Positions 29,022 through 38,361 of a DNA stretch of 64,000 bases are shown here, piece by piece. Origin of the DNA: Terriglobia bacterium (lineage in GTDB: Bacteria > Acidobacteriota > Terriglobia > Acidiferrales > UBA7541); assembly GCA_963695545.1 (NCBI GenBank), contig OY968796.1, positions 2,976,001 through 3,040,000 on the forward strand, in the 5' to 3' direction. The notes below the pieces were generated by a model, which searched no databases, was not told where the DNA came from, and was given only the letters and a program-made list of their open reading frames with translations. Position numbers and translations under genes: made by a program. The number at the start of each line of letters is the position of its first letter. Positions within the stretch are counted from its first letter, which is position 1.

Positions 29022-29246
29022 CGCGCACCCCAAGCTTTGGCGTAGTTACGCTTCTCTGAAAAACGGCGTGGTACTGCTCGTCGCCGCCGCTAGGCTGATC
29101 GCCGCTCGTCTCATTTCTCCGAGCGAGATTCCGTATTAATCCCCGTTTATTGAATTCACCTGAGAACCAAAGTAAACGCGCACGCGCTAGAGATTAGCGA
29201 TGGGAAGAGGCTCTGTCTGTGGGGTATCCAACGGTGGCAAGAATTA

Positions 29247-30002
29247 TTATCGCAATCCGAGGTCGTCCTCGGACTGCCGAATGACCGCGTAACATTCGCA
29301 GGCGGCGTTCTGGAGTTTCCTGCGGTTCACAACTTTCACCGCACCTCGCACGTATTCGATCATGCCGCTTTTCTGCAGAACGCCCGCGGCCACGCTCACC
29401 GTGGATCGGTCCGTGCCCATCATGGTCGCAATGAAATCGTGGGTGATCGGAAGCAGCCCCAAGAGCACCCGATCCTGAGTCATCAGCAGCCACCGCGCAA
29501 GACGCTGCTGGATATTGTGCAGCCGATTGCACGCCGCGGTCTGCGCAACTTGCATCCCTTGCAGCGCTGCGTGCCTGCCCAAGATCGTGCGCAATCGCGG
29601 AGCCGACAGCAGAATCCGCTCCACCGCGCTTCCCGCGATTCGAGAGCCATCGCCGCCGACTTGAACGATCTCGCGCACCGGGCTTCTGCTCAAGCCGACT
29701 GCCAATCCCGCCCCGACACAGCCCTCGTTCCCCACCACGCCTACTTCCACGGTTCGACCGTCGTTGGTCACGACCACCTGAGAAATCATTCCCCGGTTCG
29801 GGAAATAGATGAACTCGAGTTTCTGACCGGGCTCGTGAAGACTAAGATGATCCGGCAAATCGACGTATGTCAATTCAGGGCGCATCAAATGGTATTCATG
29901 ATCGGGCGTCGCCAACAGCGCCTTATTGCTTACCGGCTTGCCATCGATAGTGGTCCGTTCGCCCGATCGTGTGGCTGAAGTGTTTTTTCGACTCATGACC
30001 AT
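29247..30002 (-). CDS. Crp/Fnr family transcriptional regulator
   Basis: IYFPNRGMIS, VEVGVVGNEG, AACNRLH..RLARWLL, THDFIATMMGTDRSTVS HTH, ACECY. Confidence 0.92.
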   Translation of the reverse strand: MVMSRKNTSATRSGERTTIDGKPVSNKALLATPDHEYHLMRPELTYVDLPDHLSLHEPGQKLEFIYFPNRGMISQVVVTNDGRTVEVGVVGNEGCVGAGLAVGLSRSPVREIVQVGGDGSRIAGSAVERILLSAPRLRTILGRHAALQGMQVAQTAACNRLHNIQQRLARWLLMTQDRVLLGLLPITHDFIATMMGTDRSTVSVAAGVLQKSGMIEYVRGAVKVVNRRKLQNAACECYAVIRQSEDDLGLR

Positions 30003-30126
30003 CCTGGATGGCGCGAAAGTGCCTTGCCACCATTCGGCGAAACTTCGCTGGCTCTGAGAGCCAATTTCAATTCAAGCAGAAAACCGGTCAATGATCTGTG
30101 CGAAATGGAACATAGATCAAAAACAA

Positions 30127-30315
30127 CTCGCTGCTGCGCCACGGTTATCAACGGAAACGCACGCGCAGGGCGGCCGCGCGAAGCGGTCGCCTAATTCTCC
30201 CCTCGCTCGAGGACGCTAACGCGCTACAATACGCGCGTTTTCGTATGTGGAGGCGGAGCCTTTGGCGCGCATAACTCGGCGTAAATTTCTGGCGAATAGT
30301 GCGTCGGCCGCCGCC
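30127..30315 (+). repeat. diverged direct repeat copy 2 (dead hpf 3' end, intergenic, intact glycoside hydrolase 5' end)
   Basis: Matches 28160-28347; the hpf-derived part has a 1 nt insertion and a TGG>CGG change. Confidence 0.9.
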
Positions 30316-31875
30316 GGAGCGATCGCGCTCGGCGCTTCGCCGTGGCCCGCACGCGCTTGGGCGCAAACTGTAGCGACCGGTCCCGATCTCACCGGCTTCG
30401 CGCCGCCGGAATTTACCACCGACAACGCCGCGCTCGACGCCTCTTATCGACACGCGCTCAAAGTTCTCGCGAGCAACGTCACGACCGTTCTCAAATTCCC
30501 CGATCCCGTTTTGATCGAAGGCAGCGTGTACCGCGGCGTTTGGCTCGAGTGCGCCCCGCAGGAAGGATTGGTCTATAGCCAGATCGCTCCCGCGCTGGGG
30601 TTCGCCAATCATCGCGTGTTTTTCGAGACGCAACGCGACGACGGCTACATTGCGTGCGACGTGAAGCCCGACGTTCTCGGCACAGGGCAAATCCAGATGG
30701 TCGTGCCCATCGCGGCGACGGCTCTCGATCTGTTCGAGACGTTCGGCGATTCCGCTTTTCTCGAAGATGCCTACGAATCGTGCGCGCGCTGGGACGCCTG
30801 GCTTGTGCGCTATCGCAACACGCGCGGCACCGGCCTCTGCGAAGGCTTCTGCACTTACGATACTGGCCAGGACAACAGTCCGCGCTGGAAAGGCATGCCG
30901 AATCGCTGTGCGGACGATGACGCTCGGCTGTGTCCCTCGGCGCCGGGCTTGCCGCGTCTCTGTCCCGATTTATCGGCGACTGTATTTGGAGGCCGCGTGG
31001 CTCTCGCGAAAATGGCGCGCATTCTCGGAAAGAACTCCGAAGCGGATGATTGGGATGCGCGGGCCGCGGCGATTCGCAAACTGATTCTCGATCGCCTGTA
31101 CGTTCCTGAAGACGCGTGCTTTTATGATTTGGATTCCGACAATAAATTCGTGCGCGTTCGCGGTGACGCCATGATTCGCGTGCTCGGCGAGCACGTGGTG
31201 GATTCAACGCTCTTTGAAGAAATTTATCGCAAGCAGATTCACAATCCCGATGCGTTCTGGGCGCCGTACCCGCTCCCTTCCATCGCGCTCGACGATTCTT
31301 CGTTCGTGCGGCCGATTCCGCGCAACTCCTGGGGCGGCGCGAGCCAGGCGCTGACGGCGTTGCGCGCGCCGCGGTGGATGGAATTCTACGGCAAGCCGGC
31401 CGATCTCGCGCACTTGATGGATCGCTGGGTAGACGCGATCGTGCGCTCGGGCGATTTTTATCAGCAACTGGATCCACTGAGCGGCGAATGCACGAAGGCC
31501 GGAGATCCCGGCGGATATTCGCCGGCGGCGCTTGTGCTGCTGGATTTCGTATGGCGGCTCTACGGCGTGCGCAAAGTGGGTGAGAGCATCGAGTGGAATT
31601 GCCGGCCGCCGGCGAACTCCGCGAAGACCGTGGCGACGATCAAGACTCCGCGCGGAACGGCGCAGTTGCAACATGCGAGCGATGGCTCCGCACTCACTTT
31701 GGCGGGCAAGCCGGTGCTGCGCGTGTTTGGCGCGGCGCGCATCGTCACCGACCTGGACGGGAAGCCAACGGCGATCGCGGGAACTTCGGATGCGGCCGTC
31801 GACGTGCGTTTAGTCTGGCCGAACGGGAAACATCGCAAGATCGCGATCGCGCCGAACGCGACGCAGGCGATTTAA
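30262..31875 (+). CDS. Tat-exported (alpha/alpha)6 glycoside hydrolase (MGH1/GH63-like)
   Basis: ITRRKFL Tat motif, DTGQDNSPRW, YPLPSIA..NSWGG; TTG start after GGAGG. Confidence 0.75.
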   Translation: MARITRRKFLANSASAAAGAIALGASPWPARAWAQTVATGPDLTGFAPPEFTTDNAALDASYRHALKVLASNVTTVLKFPDPVLIEGSVYRGVWLECAPQEGLVYSQIAPALGFANHRVFFETQRDDGYIACDVKPDVLGTGQIQMVVPIAATALDLFETFGDSAFLEDAYESCARWDAWLVRYRNTRGTGLCEGFCTYDTGQDNSPRWKGMPNRCADDDARLCPSAPGLPRLCPDLSATVFGGRVALAKMARILGKNSEADDWDARAAAIRKLILDRLYVPEDACFYDLDSDNKFVRVRGDAMIRVLGEHVVDSTLFEEIYRKQIHNPDAFWAPYPLPSIALDDSSFVRPIPRNSWGGASQALTALRAPRWMEFYGKPADLAHLMDRWVDAIVRSGDFYQQLDPLSGECTKAGDPGGYSPAALVLLDFVWRLYGVRKVGESIEWNCRPPANSAKTVATIKTPRGTAQLQHASDGSALTLAGKPVLRVFGAARIVTDLDGKPTAIAGTSDAAVDVRLVWPNGKHRKIAIAPNATQAI

Positions 31876-31929
31876 GCATCGCGCGCGACCAGTGGCGAAC
31901 TTCTGCATCAACGGCGAATTCCATCGTAG

Positions 31930-33120
31930 CTAATTCTCGAACGTTGAGCGCGAGCCGGCGGGAGTTGGCGCGGAGACGTTGGTCGTGACCGGAGTTTCGA
32001 GAGCGGCCATCAACGAATCGTTGGGATAAAAGTGGTCCACGTTCTCCGGCGTGACGAGTTGGTGCTTGGTGAAAACGGCGGGCGGAGTGGGTTTCCCTTC
32101 GAGAATGTCCAGAGCCAGGCGAATCAAATTTGGGCCGTATTTTTCGGGGAAGTAGGCAACCGAGCCAATCAGTCGCGTGTCGTTCTCGCGAAGTTCCGCG
32201 CGGCCTTCCGGTTCCGCATTCTGGCCCACCACGGCGCATTCGCCGGCGCGCCCCATTTCCTGAAATGCCCGCAACGCGCCGAGTGCGCTGGGGTCGGTTG
32301 CAGCGCCGACCAGCGTATGTTTTGTTTTGGAAAAACGCAGATGCTTGCGCACGCACTCGAGCGTTTTTCGGAATTGACCGTCGCCGTCGATATGTTGCAC
32401 ACCGCAGGAATCGCCCAGGTGCAGAACTTCGTTGATGCCCGCCAGCATTCCGCGCATGCGCGTTTGCGGTATCGAGCCGGCGCGCGAAATTCCGAACAGC
32501 AGCACCTCGTCCACTTGTCCGTGCCAGTGCGTGTGCGCCCAGCGTCCCAAGTGGCGGCCCGCGATCAAGCCCGCGTCGTAATTGTTCGCGCCGAAATAAG
32601 TCGCGCCGGGGTGGGGAATATCGATCGCGATAATGGGAATCCCCGCTTTCAGATATCGTCCGGCGATTTCGGGCGCGACCGATTCGTCGGTTTGAAATTC
32701 GATCACCAGATTCACTTCTTCGCGAATCAGTTGATCGGCGCTGCGCAACGCGATCTTCGGATCGTAGCGATTGTCCACCACAACAAGTTCGAGATCTGCG
32801 TCCGCGGCAGCCTTGATCAAACTGGTGCGCACTTCGCGCGGGAACGAAGAGTCCTGCCCCTGCGCCGCGTAGCCGATGCGGTAACGCCGCCGCGGACGCG
32901 TTCCGGAAACAAGGCGGTAGCGGTTCTCACCAACTTTTTCGACGAAGCCGCAGGCGTGGAGCGTGTAGAGCAGCCGAAAGCACATGCCTTTGTTGAAGCC
33001 AGTGTGCGCGGCGACATCGCGCAGACGCAGAATTTCGCTATTGCCCTGGAACGCGTTGACGATCTGAAACGCGTGGACCAGGGATTTGACCATGTAGCGA
33101 TTGTCGGCAGGTCGTTTCAT
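31930..33120 (-). CDS. IclR-type HTH fused to an RbsB/LacI-type sugar-binding domain (regulator)
   Basis: YMVKSLVHAFQIV..LRDVAAHTGFNKGMCFRLLYTL..YRL, then PBP-like IPIIAIDIP..YFGANNYDAG; no signal peptide. Confidence 0.82.
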   Translation of the reverse strand: MKRPADNRYMVKSLVHAFQIVNAFQGNSEILRLRDVAAHTGFNKGMCFRLLYTLHACGFVEKVGENRYRLVSGTRPRRRYRIGYAAQGQDSSFPREVRTSLIKAAADADLELVVVDNRYDPKIALRSADQLIREEVNLVIEFQTDESVAPEIAGRYLKAGIPIIAIDIPHPGATYFGANNYDAGLIAGRHLGRWAHTHWHGQVDEVLLFGISRAGSIPQTRMRGMLAGINEVLHLGDSCGVQHIDGDGQFRKTLECVRKHLRFSKTKHTLVGAATDPSALGALRAFQEMGRAGECAVVGQNAEPEGRAELRENDTRLIGSVAYFPEKYGPNLIRLALDILEGKPTPPAVFTKHQLVTPENVDHFYPNDSLMAALETPVTTNVSAPTPAGSRSTFEN

Positions 33121-33654
33121 GTCGGTATCGTTCGCGCCGGTGCGCGCGCCACTTCGACGGCGAATGTCTTGATTCCTCCCAGCAAATCGTTTCGCATTGT
33201 ATAACACACGTTGGAATCGGTCCTCAGAGAAATTGTCGCTATTTGTGTATGTGCCTTACACATAGCTGATAACAGGGGCCTTACACTTATCGCCCTGGCG
33301 ATGAAAGTTCTGTGCTGCGAAACGAGCCCGCGCGACAGCCTTTCGCTTGACCACTTCCCGGGGCAGGATGTAAACGACACGCTGTTCTTGCCTTATGGAA
33401 GCATGTTCTGTGGGACTCTCGGCGCCCGGCTGATGTTTCAACTGCCGAATCCGAAGGCGCCGGGCCGACACAGGGCCTGCTTCTATCGTGGCTGGGGTGC
33501 TGCGATATAGAACAGTCAATATGCATCGCGGGGTAGGGAAATGCAGGGCGGCAGAGGCGATTTGGATTTGCTTCGGCCGATTCGTTTCCATGCCCCGTAT
33601 AGAGATCCGCGCATTCTGGAGCTGGCATTGCGTTATCGGTTCTAGAACGCGGTC

Positions 33655-33731
33655 AAAGGAGCCGCATCCAAGGCGGAGAGGAAGGCCCCGGACGCCTCCC
33701 AGAGCCTGCTTCTCCGCCGGCTCCTTTTTTT
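33655..33731 (+). terminator. long hairpin followed by T7 (terminator- or attenuator-like)
   Basis: AAAGGAGCCG (33655-64) pairs with CGGCTCCTTT (33718-27); inner GCGGAGA/TCTCCGC. Confidence 0.55.
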
Positions 33732-33942
33732 GCAACAGATGGTAGCGTTGATCCACGCTTCCCGATTTGAATTTCGTCCTGCGATCCTCTTTAACTCCGA
33801 GCAGAATTTCCGCCGCCGATAAATCGCTCCGAATTTGGCAGCAACTTTTTTCTAGCCCCGGTGTTTCACGCTCATTGGGGGTGCGGCGCGCAATTTGGCC
33901 GGCCCGAGCCATTATCCTTTTTCGAGATTGAAGGAGAGCGAT

Positions 33943-35364
33943 ATGCACGGACTGAAGCGACTTCCGGCGTGGTTTCTCGTTTTGCCGCTCGCGATTTGGG
34001 CGGCGGGCTGCGGCAGCACAGGGTCTTCGTCGGGTTTGGGAGGAGGCGGCGGGCAGCAGCAGACGGCTTCGGTGTTCACGATTGGCACGGACGCTTCTTT
34101 GCCGAGCGTCATATCGTGCGCGGTCACGGTGAACTCGGTGACTTTGTACAACGGCACGAACAACATTCTCGTAATGTCGACGCCGCAGATTGTGGACTTC
34201 GCGCAATTGAGCGGACTTCATCAGCTCCTCGATCTGAATACCGTGCCGACGGGAACTTATACTTCGGCGACGGTGACGATTGCAGCGCCGACGATCGGCT
34301 ATATCAACACTGGCGTCACGCCGCCGACGATCACGAACCTCAACGGGACGTTGCCGACTAATCCTAATCCGGACCCCGTCGTGGTGCCGCTCGCGGCGCC
34401 AGTGACGGTGGCCGCGAACGATCTGTACGGCGTGCGCATGGACTTCGACATACGGAAATCGCTGGCCGTGGACGGCAGCGGAAATATCACCGGCGCGGTG
34501 AATCCGGTGTTCGAGATGGCGCTGGTGAATTCGACCGACGCGACCGTTACGATCGACGATTTCCGCGGCGGCGTGGTCGGCGTCTCCGGACCGAACTCGT
34601 TCACGGTGCAAGGGCCGCTGGGGCGCGAGTGGAACGTGACCACCAGCAGCAGCACCTCGTTCGATACCAGCGAGCAAGTGGCCACCTTCACGACCGACGG
34701 CAACACCATCGTGGACATCTCCGGCACGCTCGATCCGGTGACGCACAGCATCGACGCCACGGAAGTCTCCGTGATCTCGACCGATAAATTCCTGGTCGGC
34801 GGATTGTTCACTTACGTTCCGCCGCCGAGCGGTGGTAGGACCATCACAAATCTTTACGTGCGCTACGAGCTGCCGGCGATCAGCGGCCTTAGCCCGGGCG
34901 ATATCACGCCGATCACTTTGAACGGCACGGAGCGATATGGCATCGCGAACATCAGTTCGCCGATCACCAATCTGCTGTTCGGATATTCGCTGCTGACGAC
35001 GGGGCAGCGCGTGGACGTCGGCGGCATGGTGCAAACGGTGAACGGCGTGACCACGCTTACGCCGCACCGCGTGATTCTCGGGCGGCAAGGGCAGGAGGGA
35101 TCGTGGGTGGTCGGCAGCACGTCGATCACGTCGGGCAACGCGGGCAGCTTCTCGTTGCTCGACAATGGAACGGCGGGGATTCTCTTGCCGAGTCCGCTTA
35201 CGGTGCTGACGTTCGCGCAGACGAATTTCATCAACCTGAGCGGCCTTTCGGCGCTGACCGGCGGGGCTGCGATTCCGATTCGCGTGGTCGGCTTCATACT
35301 CATCAATCCCGTGACGCACCAGCCGGTGATGGTGGCGCGTTCGGTGGAAGAACTCACTTCATAA
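33943..35364 (+). CDS. lipoprotein with DUF4382/DUF5666-like beta domains
   Basis: Lipobox WAAGC, Gly/Ser linker, FTIGTDA, VPTGTYTSATVT; AAGGAG RBS. Confidence 0.75.
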   Translation: MHGLKRLPAWFLVLPLAIWAAGCGSTGSSSGLGGGGGQQQTASVFTIGTDASLPSVISCAVTVNSVTLYNGTNNILVMSTPQIVDFAQLSGLHQLLDLNTVPTGTYTSATVTIAAPTIGYINTGVTPPTITNLNGTLPTNPNPDPVVVPLAAPVTVAANDLYGVRMDFDIRKSLAVDGSGNITGAVNPVFEMALVNSTDATVTIDDFRGGVVGVSGPNSFTVQGPLGREWNVTTSSSTSFDTSEQVATFTTDGNTIVDISGTLDPVTHSIDATEVSVISTDKFLVGGLFTYVPPPSGGRTITNLYVRYELPAISGLSPGDITPITLNGTERYGIANISSPITNLLFGYSLLTTGQRVDVGGMVQTVNGVTTLTPHRVILGRQGQEGSWVVGSTSITSGNAGSFSLLDNGTAGILLPSPLTVLTFAQTNFINLSGLSALTGGAAIPIRVVGFILINPVTHQPVMVARSVEELTS

Positions 35365-35983
35365 CGGCGCCGGGAGTTCCGGCGTTGCGGATGTACGCGG
35401 CCTCGCGCGCGGTTTCCCCGGCGCGAGGCCGCGGTGTTTTTGGGCGCGTTCGCTCGGGACACGAGGCGCGGCGAGCGACGGGCGGGCTGGCGCACGGGGA
35501 TTTTTCGCAGTGTGGCGCGCGGGCCCTATATACACCCCGGTGTGTTTTTGCGAAAGTGTTGAAATCACAGGGGTTGCAGGGAAAGAGTGCGGATGAGTGT
35601 GAAAAGACAGCAAGTTGATGTTCTGTTGTTTCAATGGATTACGCACTCTTTTGCAATCGATTGGAAATGCAGGGGTTGCGGAGGCGTTTTCGTGCAAATG
35701 AATGCGTTTGTTGTTGGGGCGATCGGTCGAGCGCGTGGCCGGAAGGTGTCGTTCGCAGTTCATGCATGAGCATAACACGCACAATACTACTGTGTCAACA
35801 TCAATCTATGGGTTATTCGAATACGTTGGGTAATTTTTATCCGCGTTGCGGAGGCGCGGCGTTTTGGGGCGGATGTTTTTATTCGAATAGGTTGTGCGTT
35901 CGCGCATCGCGTTGATCTGTGTCGCGGAGTTTCGGGGCGATGCTAAGGCGTTGGTTTTCAAGTAAGATGGTAGGACTCACTGC

Positions 35984-36058
35984 AGGGGCGTAGCTCAGTG
36001 GTAGAGCAGTGGCCTTTTAAGCCAAAGGTCGTGGGTTCGATCCCCACCGCCCCTACCA
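35984..36058 (+). tRNA. tRNA-Lys (anticodon UUU)
   Basis: Acceptor AGGGGCG/CGCCCCT, D arm GCTC/GAGC, anticodon loop CTTTTAA, T arm GTGGG-TTCGATC-CCCAC, encoded CCA. Confidence 0.96.
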
Positions 36059-36506
36059 CTCTTCTTGTTCACTTCACAGGACTTGCGAAAACCGCGAGGC
36101 AGCAAAAGGCAGCATTAAGAACAAATCGGCGTCGGCGCGAGGGAAAAACTCGCGGTACGGATGGCAAACTGACGCGAGGTAAACTGATAGAGTTCGCGCG
36201 CCGACAAACTCCCACCATGCCTCGCAGTGTTCGCAGTTATCCGTGGTGCGACCAACTCAAGGATTCCGGCGAGGGAAGAGACTGCTTCCGGAGTTGCGCT
36301 GACAGCCGCGAACGACGGCCAGAACCCGCCTCCAGTAAAGCATGTAGTTTTTATGCCCTGAAAGGCCTGAAGACACTAACTCACACTGGAGCGAATGCAA
36401 TGTCGAGCAGCCGAAGCGCTGACTGAAACGTATGGCCCTGCAGCACAACGAAACGCCCGCCCCAGCGCGTGATAGAATCCCCGTCATCGAATCGGTTCGG
36501 TGAGGC

Positions 36507-36950
36507 GTGAAAAACAATTTCCAGCGTGTCGGCTCTATTAGCAACGCTCACGTAGGAAGAGAATTCGAAGAAGCGGCACGGCTTTTCTTTGCCGGAACAG
36601 GTATTTCGCTTGAGGGTGGATTTGTCGCCCCGGTCGGATACAAAGTGAAGAAGTCCCACAAATTCGATTTGGGCAGCGAAACCCCACCGATACTTGTTGA
36701 ATGCAAATCGTACACTTGGACGAGTGGCGGCAATTCACCGAGCGCGAAAATTAGGGGCTTGAACGAGGTCATGCTTTTGTTTAGCGTCGCCCCGGACCGC
36801 TATCGGAAGATCCTTTTCCTACTGAAACATCTAAGGAAGAACCTGAGCTTGGCCGCCCACTACATCAAAACACAGGGACACCTAATCGGTCCTAGTGTTG
36901 AGATATGGGAATTCGACCTCGATGCCAAGCGGGGCGAACGGGTATTCTGA
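36507..36950 (+). CDS. PD-(D/E)xK restriction-endonuclease-fold hypothetical protein
   Basis: GREFE helix, HKFD, ILVECKS; GTG start after GAGG. Confidence 0.68.
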   Translation: MKNNFQRVGSISNAHVGREFEEAARLFFAGTGISLEGGFVAPVGYKVKKSHKFDLGSETPPILVECKSYTWTSGGNSPSAKIRGLNEVMLLFSVAPDRYRKILFLLKHLRKNLSLAAHYIKTQGHLIGPSVEIWEFDLDAKRGERVF

Positions 36951-36992
36951 AAGTTCACACTGTCTTTGCTGCAACGACAGGAGGAGCAAGGA

Positions 36993-37271
36993 ATGCCTAC
37001 CGCTGAGGACTTCAGACTTGAACTGCACCGCATGATGTTGGAAGCGGTGAAAGAGGGCAGGGAATTTGCGGAAATCAACGCAGGTGATCTGCACAGGCGC
37101 GTGGGCGACTATCCTGGTAGGAATCACCGAATGCCAGTTTGCTGCGAAGTCATGCGGGGTGCACTTGCGCCGGATGCTGGGGATATAATCCGAGAACAGC
37201 CGCCGAGCGGACTAGGTGCCAGCTTGACCATACGATACGTGCTGCCACGCCCAGAACCGGTTCCGCTTTAG
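36993..37271 (+). CDS. small hypothetical protein (92 aa)
   Basis: GAGGAG RBS; INAGDLHRRVGDYPG..HRMPVCC..LTIRYVLPR. Confidence 0.75.
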   Translation: MPTAEDFRLELHRMMLEAVKEGREFAEINAGDLHRRVGDYPGRNHRMPVCCEVMRGALAPDAGDIIREQPPSGLGASLTIRYVLPRPEPVPL

Positions 37272-37365
37272 GCACACATCGCTGCCTAGCTTTGCTAAGT
37301 TCACCATCAAGAAACGGTTCACGCACGAGGGATATACGTCTCTCGATTTGAAGTTGTAGAGACCG

Positions 37366-37782
37366 CTAGCCGGATGATCGAGCGAAGGGATTTCGAATCG
37401 TGAGTTGCCCATCGATCGTCTGGCCATCGTGAAGGTCTTCGGAATAGAGAGTCGCGCAACCAGCTTCCAACGCAGCGGCAACGACCAGCGCGTCATAGAT
37501 GTTGTAGCCGTGCTTCTCCGCAATTTTGAGTGCCGCTTCGTGCATTTCAATGGTGATGGGGATCGGAGAAGGGCAGAGAACTCGAAAAGCATCCAACGCT
37601 TCCGTCACGTCACTCCAGGACATCAAGATTTTTCGTCGAGCGACAGAAACAAATTCATTCAAGACCTGCACACTGAGTATCCCTCCCGATGCGAGGAGTT
37701 CCTCGGCTTGCGTGCTGCGTGGATCGTCTTGCGCCACAGCATAGATCAGCACGTTCGTGTCGAAGAAAGCCTTAACGGGCAT
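37366..37782 (-). CDS. vapC: PIN-domain toxin VapC
   Basis: FFDTNVLIYA, QVLNEF, YDALVVAAALEAGC..LYSEDL. Confidence 0.93.
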   Translation of the reverse strand: MPVKAFFDTNVLIYAVAQDDPRSTQAEELLASGGILSVQVLNEFVSVARRKILMSWSDVTEALDAFRVLCPSPIPITIEMHEAALKIAEKHGYNIYDALVVAAALEAGCATLYSEDLHDGQTIDGQLTIRNPFARSSG

Positions 37783-38002
37783 TGGCCTCTTCCCGGTCAA
37801 AGACAAATCCGGGAGGCAAAGGACGTCGGAGTTTGCGTAGGCGAGCGAGCGCGTGATGTTTGCTTTGATCGCGGCCCACTTCGAAGACCCGGTCACGTGC
37901 GATCCGAATCTCGATCTGGTCGCCTTCTTTGAGATCTAGCGCGTCAACCACAGCCGTTGGCAACCGCACCGCCAGACTATTGCCCCATTTCGATACCTGC
38001 AT
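37772..38002 (-). CDS. vapB: AbrB/MazE-type antitoxin VapB
   Basis: MQVSKWGNSLAVRLP..LKEGD..FDREEANAR; AAGGAGG RBS; overlaps the toxin start. Confidence 0.93.
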   Translation of the reverse strand: MQVSKWGNSLAVRLPTAVVDALDLKEGDQIEIRIARDRVFEVGRDQSKHHALARLRKLRRPLPPGFVFDREEANAR

Positions 38003-38014
38003 TGGGCCCTCCTT

Positions 38015-38037
38015 GATATACATTACAATTGTATATC
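38015..38037. promoter_or_regulatory. vapBC operator inverted repeat GATATACA-N7-TGTATATC
   Basis: Perfect 8 bp arms immediately upstream of the antitoxin RBS. Confidence 0.7.
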
Positions 38038-38361
38038 CTATAGAGAATCTGCGCAACTCACTCCAGCGGTGCTTCATCGCAAGTGGCCGAGCACCTTTTC
38101 AATATCACAGCGGCCCCCCACATGCTTTACTCGGCGCAAGATAGGCCGTAGTCCGCTCCCACTGTAAAGCCCGCTTGTGCAGCTCCGCTCGGTATACCCC
38201 AACGGTGCTCGCTTCCGTGCCCCTCCGGGCGAAGCTCCAATGCGCTTTGGAGTTTGACAGTCGCGAAGCACGGCCAGAACGGGTGTGACGGGAGAGAAGT
38301 CTGTGACTGGCGCAGCCGTATTGACCAGCCCGAGTTTTTGTACCACGGTGAATGAGAGAGT

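Noticed and set aside
33256..35319. 687 aa minus-strand ORF
   Set aside because: Antisense shadow of the lipoprotein gene
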